Below, in pieces: positions 38,973 through 47,842 of a stretch of 64,000 bases of DNA. Under the pieces are notes generated by a model, which had not been told where the DNA came from, ran no database searches, and saw only the letters and a program-made list of their open reading frames with translations. The position numbers and the translations under genes were made by a program. Numbering within the stretch: position 1 is the stretch's first letter; each line of letters opens with the position of its first letter. Source of the DNA: Phycisphaerales bacterium (GTDB lineage: Bacteria > Planctomycetota > Phycisphaerae > Phycisphaerales > UBA1924); contig OZ245777.1 in assembly GCA_965227775.1 (NCBI GenBank), positions 2,400,001 through 2,464,000 of the forward strand, written 5' to 3'.

Positions 38973-39060
38973 CTCGGGGCTCCTCTGGGCTCCAGCATAC
39001 CAGAAACTGCTCGCGTCCACAAGGGCAATTCCGTTCCTGGCGATCGCAACGGCCGCCGAC

Positions 39061-41073
39061 CTACACCAGCTTCTGGCCCGGCAGCAGCGGGGGCACGGGC
39101 ACGCCCAGCAGGTCGGCGACGGCGCGGAGCAGGTCGGCCTCGGCCGGGGTCACCTCGTGGTCATGGGCGATGGCGACGGCGGCGGCCTGGAGCACGACCT
39201 GCTTGAGCCGGGGCGCCATCGTGCGCAGGTCGGCGATGGCGGCGTCGAGCTTCGCCGGCGCGCGCTCGGCGGCGCTGGGGAACTCGAGCGTGGGGGCCAT
39301 GCCCGGGGCGCGCTTGATCACTTCGGCGGCGGCGTCGAACGCATCGTCCGCATCGCCGGGCTGCTGCTGGCCCGCGCGGCAGACCGCGCCGAGCACGGCG
39401 CTGAGCTGCGGGCCGAGCTGGCCCATGGCGTAGTACTTGACGCCAGGGGGGCGCGCGTCCTTGAAGCGCTCATCGAGGTGGGACTCCAGGATGCGGAGTG
39501 TGGCCCACTCTGCGGTTGTCATCTTGCCGTCGGCCATGGCGAGCTGGTGGACAACCTTGCGGAAATTCGCGTGCTGGCTCTCGCTCAGCCGCGCGAGCGC
39601 GCCCAGGCAGAGGTCAATAAGCGGCAGCCGCAGGTCGGCGTCGAGCCCCGCGGCGTCCTTGGCCAGCTCGCGCACGAGCGCGGCAACGCCGGTGTCGCCC
39701 TGTTGGTCCAGGACGTCGAGTTGTTTGCGCATGGCCGCGTCGTCGTCGGTCCAGTGCACGAACAGGGCGTACGCGACGGCGCGACACCCATACGGATCGC
39801 GCGCGGCGGCCTTGAGCTTCTCGGGGATGCGATCGAGCAGCGTTCGCGCGTGGCCGGCGTGGGCCTCGCTCGCCGTCCCGATGAGCGCGAGCAGCGGGAG
39901 GGCGGCCGCGGCCCCGGCGGGTGCGATGCCCTGCGCCGCGCCCATGCGCTCGCGCATGATGTCCTCGAGCTGTTGTCTCGGGCCGGGCTTCTTCTGGGTT
40001 GCCTTGTCCTGGGGCAGCGGCTTGGGCGGGCGGGGCTTGAGGAACGTCCCGTCCCACTTTGGCTGGACAGCGCGGATGCGTTTCCTCAGCGGTGGGTGGC
40101 TGGCGAGCGAGGCCCCGAGGAAGCTGCTGGCGCTCACGGCGTTGCCGAAGAACATGTGGCTCATCTCGCGCGCATGGGCGTTCATGATGGCCGACCGCTT
40201 GGGCGCGCCACCAATCCGGCGGAGCGCGTCGCCAATGCCATCGGGATTGCGCGTGAACTGCACCGCGCTGGCATCGGCCAAAAACTCGCGCTGGCGGCTG
40301 ACGGCCGCCTGGATCAAGCGTGCGAACAAGGAACCGATGCCGCCGATGACGATCAGGCCCACGCCCAAGACGATGATGACGATGGCGCCCTTGTTGTCCC
40401 GGCTGCGAGCCAGCGAGCCGTAGTAGGTGGCGCGCATGAGCGTGTACCCGGCCAGGCTCAGAAGCACGATGCCGCCGAGGATGCCGACTAGGCGGATGTT
40501 CAGCCGCATGTCGCCGTTCAAGATGTGGCTGTACTCGTGGGCCATGACGCCCTGGAGCTCGTCGCGCGTCAGCCCGTGCACGCAGCCGCGCGTGACGCCG
40601 ATGACCGCGTCACCCGGCGAGTAGCCCGCGGCGAACGCGTTGATGCCCGTCTCCTGCTCCATCATAAAGACCGGCGGCACGGGCACGCCGCTGGCGATGG
40701 ACATCTCCTCGACGACGTTGAGGACCATCCGCTCGTCGGGGTCGCTGGTTGAGGGATCGATCGGGCGCCCGCCCAGCGACATCGCGACGCTCTTGCCGCC
40801 GCCGCGCAGCTCGCTGATGCGGTAGGCGGTGCCGCCGGCGATCAGCAGCGCCGCGCCGATTGCGCCACCGCCGGCGAACAGCGTCAGCAGAAACGGGTCG
40901 GGCCCACGGCCGCCCTTGTCTTCGACCGTGATGAGCGCGATGAGGACGGCCAGCGCCGCAACGGCCGCGCACGTGAGCACGACCGCGCAGACGTACAAGA
41001 AGACCAGGAGCGCCGTGCGCTTGCGCGCGGTCTCCTGGCGTCCGAAGAAGTCGGTGGTCTGGAGGTCGGCCAT
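39061..41073 (-). CDS. M48 family (HtpX-like) zinc metallopeptidase
   Basis: INAFAAG, AHEYSH (HExxH), SRQREFLADA and SHPP. Confidence 0.92.
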   Translation of the reverse strand: MADLQTTDFFGRQETARKRTALLVFLYVCAVVLTCAAVAALAVLIALITVEDKGGRGPDPFLLTLFAGGGAIGAALLIAGGTAYRISELRGGGKSVAMSLGGRPIDPSTSDPDERMVLNVVEEMSIASGVPVPPVFMMEQETGINAFAAGYSPGDAVIGVTRGCVHGLTRDELQGVMAHEYSHILNGDMRLNIRLVGILGGIVLLSLAGYTLMRATYYGSLARSRDNKGAIVIIVLGVGLIVIGGIGSLFARLIQAAVSRQREFLADASAVQFTRNPDGIGDALRRIGGAPKRSAIMNAHAREMSHMFFGNAVSASSFLGASLASHPPLRKRIRAVQPKWDGTFLKPRPPKPLPQDKATQKKPGPRQQLEDIMRERMGAAQGIAPAGAAAALPLLALIGTASEAHAGHARTLLDRIPEKLKAAARDPYGCRAVAYALFVHWTDDDAAMRKQLDVLDQQGDTGVAALVRELAKDAAGLDADLRLPLIDLCLGALARLSESQHANFRKVVHQLAMADGKMTTAEWATLRILESHLDERFKDARPPGVKYYAMGQLGPQLSAVLGAVCRAGQQQPGDADDAFDAAAEVIKRAPGMAPTLEFPSAAERAPAKLDAAIADLRTMAPRLKQVVLQAAAVAIAHDHEVTPAEADLLRAVADLLGVPVPPLLPGQKLV

Positions 41074-41097
41074 GGTCGCGTCAGGCTACCGGGCGGC

Positions 41098-41712
41098 CTA
41101 GTTGAAGGCGACCTTGGGTGCCTCCTGGATCTGCGCCGAGTCCTGGAACTCGAGCAGCCCCGCGTCCTTGCTGTGCCCGAACATGGCCGCGACGATGTTG
41201 TTGGGGAAGCTCTTCTTGTAGATGTTATAGCGCGTGGCACCGTCGTTGAACGCCTGGCGGGCGAAGGCGACCTTGTTCTCGGTGGAGGTGATCTCTTCCT
41301 GCAGCTTCGTCATCTGGCTGTCGGCCTTGAGGTCGGGGTAGGCCTCCATGACGGCCATGAGCCGGCCGAGCGCGCCTGTAAGCGCACCCTCGGCGCTGCC
41401 GAGCCCCTGCATGGCGGCGGGGTCGCCGGGGTTTGCCGCGGCGCTATTCAGGCCGCTGACGGCCTGGTTCCTCGCGGCGATGACGGCCTCGAGCGTCTCG
41501 CGCTCGTGGGCCATGTATCCCTTGGCGGTCTCGACGAGGTTGGGGATGAGGTCGTATCGCCGCTTGAGTTGCACCTCGATCTGGGCGAATGCGTTCTTGA
41601 ATTGCTCCCTGAGCTGGACCAGCTTGTTGTAGACGGCGATGAGCCAGCCGATGCCACCCAGCCCCACGAACGCAACGATGCCGATGATTGCAAGGATGAT
41701 CCACAAGACCAT
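41098..41712 (-). CDS. LemA family protein
   Basis: QLKRRYDLIPNLVET, EAYPDLKA and TENKVAFARQAFND. ATG 41712. Confidence 0.95.
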   Translation of the reverse strand: MVLWIILAIIGIVAFVGLGGIGWLIAVYNKLVQLREQFKNAFAQIEVQLKRRYDLIPNLVETAKGYMAHERETLEAVIAARNQAVSGLNSAAANPGDPAAMQGLGSAEGALTGALGRLMAVMEAYPDLKADSQMTKLQEEITSTENKVAFARQAFNDGATRYNIYKKSFPNNIVAAMFGHSKDAGLLEFQDSAQIQEAPKVAFN

Positions 41713-41937
41713 GAGCGATGCTCCCCTTCCCGCGCGAGTCTCAAGGGGGCCCATCGCCCCCCGGGAGAGTATTCGGGAATCATCGTATGGGCTTGCACGT
41801 CTGATTGCGTGCGAGGCGGTGTGCCAATCCCGAAGTCTGTCAGGGGCGTCCCGATTGAGGCGCGGCTAGCATGGGCCCAAGGCCGGGCCATGGGGGTCCG
41901 CAGCCGGCACCGATGGGGTCAACCAAGGGGGAATCGC

Positions 41938-42327
41938 GTGAACCTACCCGAAGTCGCCAAGTGGCAGAAGATCCTGCTCTTTATCGTACTTGCTTGGATC
42001 ATCCTGATCGTGGCGAGCGTTGCCCTCGCGGCAACCGGAAACCTGAACACGCCAGCTCCCGCTGGTACTCCGCCGAGCCCGACGGCGCTCAGCCTCGTCT
42101 TGAACGTCGTGAGCCTCATTTTGGCGATTGGTGCGATTGTCTCGGTGATCCTCATCGGCGGAGCGCTCGGTTGGGGCGTTTTGCCCCGTGTGATATGCGC
42201 CCTGCTCATGTTCTGCCCAATCGTGAACATCATCACGCTGCTGGTGATCATCACCAAGGCCACGGCCGCTCTGAAGGCTGGCGGATACAAGGTTGGCCTG
42301 ATGGGCGCGCAAGGCCCACCGGCCTGA
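41938..42327 (+). CDS. Hypothetical membrane protein
   Basis: AAGGGGG RBS before GTG 41938, three to four hydrophobic helices and C-terminal LKAGGYKVGLMGA. Confidence 0.7.
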   Translation: MNLPEVAKWQKILLFIVLAWIILIVASVALAATGNLNTPAPAGTPPSPTALSLVLNVVSLILAIGAIVSVILIGGALGWGVLPRVICALLMFCPIVNIITLLVIITKATAALKAGGYKVGLMGAQGPPA

Positions 42328-42342
42328 GGCGACCAACGACGC

Positions 42343-43011
42343 GTGAGCAATACCAAACCTATTCCTGATGGTTTCACCCCGCTGAACCCGTACCGGCCCG
42401 AGGGCTCTCCCCTCGAGGCCGCCCGGCGGTTCTACGAGATCATGGACCGCCGCCGCACCGTGCGGATGTTCAGCGACGAGCCCGTGCCTCGCGAGGTCAT
42501 CGAGCAGTGCGTTCTGGCGGCCAGTACGGCCCCGAGCGGCGCGCACAAGCAGCCTTGGCGGTTCGTCGTGGTGGGTGGGGCGGAACTCAAGAGCAAGATC
42601 CGCGCTGCGGCCGAAGAAGAAGAACGTGAGTTCTACGGCCGGCGTGCGAGCGACGAGTGGCTCGAGGACCTCCGCCCGTTCGGCACCGATGACCAGAAGC
42701 CGTTCCTCGAAATCGCCCCGTGGCTGATTGTCGTCTTCAAGCTCGCCAAGACGGACGACGGGGGCCAGACGTACTACACCAACGAGTCGGTCGGTATCGC
42801 GACGGGCATGCTGCTCGCTGCGCTGCACCAGGCCGGCCTCGCGACGCTAACGCACACGCCCAGCCCCATGGGTTTCCTGCGAGAGGTGCTCGGTCGGCCG
42901 GACCACGAGCGGCCTTTCCTGCTCATCCCCGTTGGGTACCCGGCTGACGACGCGGTGGTGCCGATATTGCAGCGGAAGCCGCTCGACGAGATCAGCGTGT
43001 GGCACGAGTAG
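42343..43011 (+). CDS. Nitroreductase family, iodotyrosine deiodinase (IYD)-like
   Basis: RRTVRMFS, TAPSGAHKQPW, EEEEREFY, W.EDL.P.GT...KPFLE.AP and LTHTP. Confidence 0.85.
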   Translation: MSNTKPIPDGFTPLNPYRPEGSPLEAARRFYEIMDRRRTVRMFSDEPVPREVIEQCVLAASTAPSGAHKQPWRFVVVGGAELKSKIRAAAEEEEREFYGRRASDEWLEDLRPFGTDDQKPFLEIAPWLIVVFKLAKTDDGGQTYYTNESVGIATGMLLAALHQAGLATLTHTPSPMGFLREVLGRPDHERPFLLIPVGYPADDAVVPILQRKPLDEISVWHE

Positions 43012-43017
43012 CCGGCG

Positions 43018-44826
43018 TTAGCTCGCCCGACCGGTGAACCTGTCAAACCCCAGCGCGGCGATTCCCAGCGAGACTGCGCCGACGGCCGACAGCGCGATGG
43101 CGTTCACCAATACCACACTGGTGAACGTGGCCGCCCGCATTGTGTCATTGGAATTGATCTTCTCGTAGCGAAGGAAGTAGTTGAACCGATCCCACTCGGC
43201 GGTGGCGGTCGTGCTGGCTTCCGCGAGCAGAAGGAACGGGTTGGAGAACAGCATCAGGTCGCTCAACACCTCGCTTCGATCGCCGTAGCTGCTGTAGAAC
43301 CCAAACTCCATATACGCATTGATCCCGATGGGCACGCCCAAGAAGAGCACCAGCGGCACGGCCACATTGAGGACCGACGCGGTGACACCCCGCTTGCACA
43401 CGAAACCAAAGAGCACGCCCGTGCCGGCGAGCATGAGCATAAGGCCGCCAATCAGCAGGGCCGCGTGCAGCACGGCGATGGGGTGGTACCAACCGGTCGC
43501 CATCACCAGGATCAGGTGGAACGCGATGACCGCCGGTACGAGCCACAAGCGTCGCACCGACCCGAGCGCCTTGCCGAGCACGACCTGCCAGGGCCTGACG
43601 GGCGTGGTGAGCAGCACGCTCCAACTGCCCGCGTCGCGCTCGCTGCTGATCGCGGTAGGCGTCGAAAGCGCGCCCTGCACGGTCATCGCGAGCGCGGCGA
43701 TCATGAGCAGCGTCGTCGTAAGGCCGGTGTGGCTCATACCCGCAACGGCGTAGAGGAACAGCAGGATGCCGATGCCGATGCCAAAGGCCGTGAGCGTGCG
43801 CTTGCCGTTGCCCAGCGCCGTCTGGCGGAGTTCTCTCCACAAGACCGGGCGATCACCAACGGCCCGGCTGTCACGATCGGTTGCCTCGCTCGCATTCACC
43901 GACGCTTCGCCTGTTGGTGCGAGGAGGCGTGCGACCACGCGACGCTCTTCGGTGCCGCTCGCTTCGCGCTTGAGCACGCTACGGAGGACGTAGACCGAGA
44001 AGAGCACGACCGCGATCGAGACCAGCGAGAGGTACGCCAGCGTGAAGACCCAGAAGTCGCGTACGCTCGCGACGGAGGGACCGACGATCTCTTCGGGCGA
44101 GAGGACGACGATGAGTGCCACCGGCGCGATGCACTTGAAGAACACGTTGTCCTGATTAGGCACCACGCTCCACTCGGTTGCCATCATCCCAAGCCATGGG
44201 AGGAAGACCAGCACCGCTGTGGAGCACAGCGCGAAGAACACGACCGATGGGGTGCGGCGATGCCAGATGCTGAACATGAGGGCGAGCGACGCCCCGAGCA
44301 TGCCTACGCCCAACGCGAGCGCGACGGTCGCGAAGATCGCCTCGGCTTCGACACCGCCGAAAACGCGTAGGGCGAGCAGCAGCGGCGTTGGCACGAGAGC
44401 CAGGATGACGAGCTGCACCGTCCGTGAGCCCAACTTGCCCAGGATGATGTCGCGACTCGTGAGGGGGGTTGTGAGCAACGTCGAGAGCGTGCGTTGCCGC
44501 TTCTCGTCCGCGATCGCTCCCGCCGTGAGCACCGGCGCGATGAGGGCGAGCACGAACATCTGAACGGCAGCGACCGTCGTCAGCATCGCCGGCGCGACAA
44601 ACTCGAGGATGGACTGTTGGGCATACAAGCCGCTCTGATTTGTGTCCCACACGCCCAAGAAGACCAGCGACACGATGCCCAGCAATAGAAGGGTGTACCC
44701 CGCACGCACCCAGTATGGGGCGCGCCGCCGGCCGAGGGCGCGAACCTCTCGCTGGAAAATCGGGCCCACGAACATCCGCATGAGCGACCGAGGCAGGCCA
44801 AGCATTCGCGCGACAACCCGGATCAC
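43018..44826 (-). CDS. ABC-2 type transporter permease (two permease domains)
   Basis: Two repeats of AI..E+..xTL/W..LLTTP...I/VLGK and many TM helices. GTGA overlap with the ATPase stop (alternative start 44805). Confidence 0.85.
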   Translation of the reverse strand: MIRVVARMLGLPRSLMRMFVGPIFQREVRALGRRRAPYWVRAGYTLLLLGIVSLVFLGVWDTNQSGLYAQQSILEFVAPAMLTTVAAVQMFVLALIAPVLTAGAIADEKRQRTLSTLLTTPLTSRDIILGKLGSRTVQLVILALVPTPLLLALRVFGGVEAEAIFATVALALGVGMLGASLALMFSIWHRRTPSVVFFALCSTAVLVFLPWLGMMATEWSVVPNQDNVFFKCIAPVALIVVLSPEEIVGPSVASVRDFWVFTLAYLSLVSIAVVLFSVYVLRSVLKREASGTEERRVVARLLAPTGEASVNASEATDRDSRAVGDRPVLWRELRQTALGNGKRTLTAFGIGIGILLFLYAVAGMSHTGLTTTLLMIAALAMTVQGALSTPTAISSERDAGSWSVLLTTPVRPWQVVLGKALGSVRRLWLVPAVIAFHLILVMATGWYHPIAVLHAALLIGGLMLMLAGTGVLFGFVCKRGVTASVLNVAVPLVLFLGVPIGINAYMEFGFYSSYGDRSEVLSDLMLFSNPFLLLAEASTTATAEWDRFNYFLRYEKINSNDTMRAATFTSVVLVNAIALSAVGAVSLGIAALGFDRFTGRAS

Positions 44827-45755
44827 TGCACGTTGCCCTTTGTTAGGCGCAGGAACGCGTCTTCGAGCCTTGCTTCCTCGGGGCGTATCGCGCCGATGCG
44901 CGCGCCTGCGGCAACCAGCTTCTCGACGAGAAAGTGCCTCGAGTCGACCTCGGGCCCAAGGTCGACCGTGATCGAGGAGCCGTTCGTCGACACCCGCATG
45001 ACGCGGCCATCGCTCTCGAGCGCCGCGGCGGCAACCTCGGTCGACACCCCTCCCTCGATGCTGATGCGCACGCGGTCGCCGAGGGATGCCTTCTTGTACG
45101 CGTCTTCCAGGCTGCCCGAGAACAACAGCTTGCCCTTCTCGATGATGCCGATCGAGTTGCACAGCTCGGCGAGCTCGGTGAGGATGTGGCTCGAGATCAT
45201 GATCGACTTGCCCATGCGTCCGAGCTCGGCCAGCAGCGTGCGCATCTCGATGCGTGCGCGCGGGTCGAGTCCGCTAGCGGGCTCGTCGAGCAGCAGCACT
45301 TTGGGATCGTGGATGAGTACGCGCGCCACGCCGAGCCGTTGCGTCATGCCGCGGCTGAGCCCGTCGACCGGACTCCGCCGCTTGTCGGCAAGATCGGTAA
45401 GCTCAAGCACGCCCTCGACAACGGTCTTTCGCTCCTTGCGAGGAATCTCGAACGCTGATGCGAAGAACTGGAGGTACTCGTCGACGGTAAGGTCTTCATA
45501 CACACCCAGGAAGTCGGGCATGTAGCCGATGAGCCGGCGGATGGTTGCGCCCTCGGTTCGCACGTCATGGCCGTCGACGGTGGCCTTGCCTGAGTCGGCC
45601 TTCATGAGGCAGGCGAGGATCTTCATCGTCGTGCTCTTGCCCGCGCCGTTGGGGCCGATGAATCCAAAGACCTCGCCCGGCCCGATGTCCAGCGACAGGT
45701 CGTCGAGCGCGAGGAGCTTGCCGTAGCGCTTGGTCAGGTTGCGTGCCTCGATCAT
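44823..45755 (-). CDS. ABC transporter ATP-binding protein
   Basis: GPNGAGKST, LSRGM, LLLDEPASGLD and SSH. Confidence 0.95.
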   Translation of the reverse strand: MIEARNLTKRYGKLLALDDLSLDIGPGEVFGFIGPNGAGKSTTMKILACLMKADSGKATVDGHDVRTEGATIRRLIGYMPDFLGVYEDLTVDEYLQFFASAFEIPRKERKTVVEGVLELTDLADKRRSPVDGLSRGMTQRLGVARVLIHDPKVLLLDEPASGLDPRARIEMRTLLAELGRMGKSIMISSHILTELAELCNSIGIIEKGKLLFSGSLEDAYKKASLGDRVRISIEGGVSTEVAAAALESDGRVMRVSTNGSSITVDLGPEVDSRHFLVEKLVAAGARIGAIRPEEARLEDAFLRLTKGNVQ

Positions 45756-47842
45756 GGCGTGCGCTCCACAGGGATGGCGATGCGGGTGACCCACAGCGTC
45801 TCGAACGTCTCGGCGACATTGGCAGCGATGAGCGGATCATCGCCGTCCCAGGCGAGGTAGACGACTGCCCAATCGTCGGTGTCGCTCAAGGCCTCGAAGC
45901 TCTTGGTGCGATTCGCCGGGCCGCGAAGCTCCAGCGTGAGTGACGGCGGCGGACGTCGATCGACGTCACCGTACATGAACGGCCGGAGTCCGTCCCGTGA
46001 CCCGAGCAGGTGGTCGATGTCGAACGACCGCGGGGGTTGCGCGACGAGGTCTCGGCGAATCGCATGCAGGATGAGGTCCGAACCATCACGCCGCGGAGAG
46101 CCCCCGGGCAAGAGGTGCAGCCAGCGGCCACCGGTCCGCACGGCGATCGTCTCAACGCGTTCGGCTATGGGCCCGCGCAGACGGAGCTCGAATCGGTCGC
46201 GACCCTCAGCAAAGTCAACGCCCAACGGCAGCGTCGTTGGGCCTTGTTGCTCGAAGCTGCGCGTGGTCCAGAGACGGGCAGTCGTGGGCTGAGTCGCGGG
46301 TGCGGCGTTGGTCGAGACGCTGGTCAGCGAGCCCATGCCCGTGTATTGCCACGGGTGCACGGCCGGCGAGAGCCAGGCCGTTTGATCAAGACTGTCGAAC
46401 TCGATAGCGGCCGAGCGATTCAGGAAGATGCCGCTGATGGTCGTTTGCCAGGAATGCACCGTGCCCGTTGTGTCCTGCCACGCATCGACGGTGCGAATGT
46501 TGCCGACGGTGGTGGGGCCCGAGCGGACGTAGGAAGGCGCGAGCCAGGCGCCAACTGTTGCCAGGGCGATCCATGCGATCGCTGTCAACCACCAGCGGTG
46601 CAGCGATCGCAGACGTCTGAGTGCAAACCTGTCGATCGGTCCGAGGGCGATTGCAAGGCCGAGCATCATCGCGAAAATCGCCAGGAACGCACCCATGCCG
46701 ACGACGGGCGCCCGGGATACCCAGCCCAACGCGGCTTGCATGGAAACGGTGCCGAGCGACGTGCCGTCCCACCGGGAAGCGCCCAGCATGCGACGGCCTT
46801 CTTCGAGCCGGTCCGTGATCAGCGGGGCCATGATCGCGTGCCACGCCGTCTCGGCTGCGGCGATGCGATCGTTGTTCGCGTGCGCATCGGGATCGAAGCC
46901 GACGATGGAGACCGTACCGAGGCCCACGGGTCCGCTGGCGGTGAAGCCTTGTTCGTCGGTTCTCCAGGCGGGAGGTACATCGGTTTGCTCAAACGTCCGA
47001 ACCGCCATCGAGATGGGCCCGCCGAGTGTGTCTGGCAACTGAACTTCGCGTAACTGTCCGAGCGCGAGTCCCTGCGGCGCGTGCTGGGCAAGGACGAGCC
47101 GAATCGCGCTGCTACTGGCGTTTACGATCATCAGGCGGCCGCCCGAGATCACCCATTCGCGGATGGCGGCAAGCGCATCGGGAGGGAGTCGATCGGCGAT
47201 TGCGCCATCAATGACGAGCGCTGCGACGCCCTGATACGCCATGGCTTCCGTTGGCAACCATGGGGGCAGGCCCACGGCGGGCGGGACCGCTGATGCAACG
47301 CGTGCCACAGCGGCGCGAGATCGATCGATATCGCCGCCTGGCCCAGAAAAGTCCCGCTCATAACTGTCTCGCCCGAATGCCAACCTCAGCGAGGGAGACC
47401 CGACACCAAGAATGATGGGCATGGCCGTCGGCGGTTCGAGCCCCACGGCCTGCGCTCCGGCCAGCGTGCCATACGAGGTCGTTGCGATGCGGGTCCCGGA
47501 CTCGGCAAGCAATTCGATCTGGATGCTCGCGATGGTCGGCGGAATCCAGATCGTGGCGGGCACGATCGTCTCTCGGCCTGGTGTCGTCGTCACGGGTACG
47601 AGCGTCGTTAGCGTGTCGCTGCCCGAGTTGATGCGAATTCGGGCCATGCCTTGCACCGGCTCTTCCAACGGGCTGACAACGACGCGAATGGGCGCCCAGC
47701 GTTCGGCCGGGAGCGTGCCACTGAAACCCAGATCTAGAAGCACGGTGGGCGCGCTGGGAAGCGTGCTGTCTTGCGCACGAGATTGGCCGATCGCGGCGAG
47801 CCACGCGCATGCGAAAGCCGCGATGAACGCCGCCAATCTCAT
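45752..47842 (-). CDS. Hypothetical membrane protein (signal peptide, GATase-like central region, two TM helices)
   Basis: ATGA overlaps at both ends. W.PIRV, YQGVAALVI..AIREWV..GG.L and GPID motifs. Confidence 0.75.
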   Translation of the reverse strand: MRLAAFIAAFACAWLAAIGQSRAQDSTLPSAPTVLLDLGFSGTLPAERWAPIRVVVSPLEEPVQGMARIRINSGSDTLTTLVPVTTTPGRETIVPATIWIPPTIASIQIELLAESGTRIATTSYGTLAGAQAVGLEPPTAMPIILGVGSPSLRLAFGRDSYERDFSGPGGDIDRSRAAVARVASAVPPAVGLPPWLPTEAMAYQGVAALVIDGAIADRLPPDALAAIREWVISGGRLMIVNASSSAIRLVLAQHAPQGLALGQLREVQLPDTLGGPISMAVRTFEQTDVPPAWRTDEQGFTASGPVGLGTVSIVGFDPDAHANNDRIAAAETAWHAIMAPLITDRLEEGRRMLGASRWDGTSLGTVSMQAALGWVSRAPVVGMGAFLAIFAMMLGLAIALGPIDRFALRRLRSLHRWWLTAIAWIALATVGAWLAPSYVRSGPTTVGNIRTVDAWQDTTGTVHSWQTTISGIFLNRSAAIEFDSLDQTAWLSPAVHPWQYTGMGSLTSVSTNAAPATQPTTARLWTTRSFEQQGPTTLPLGVDFAEGRDRFELRLRGPIAERVETIAVRTGGRWLHLLPGGSPRRDGSDLILHAIRRDLVAQPPRSFDIDHLLGSRDGLRPFMYGDVDRRPPPSLTLELRGPANRTKSFEALSDTDDWAVVYLAWDGDDPLIAANVAETFETLWVTRIAIPVERTP

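Noticed and set aside
39061..41712. LemA plus M48 peptidase pair as a novel system
   Set aside because: This is a widespread, already described gene pairing.
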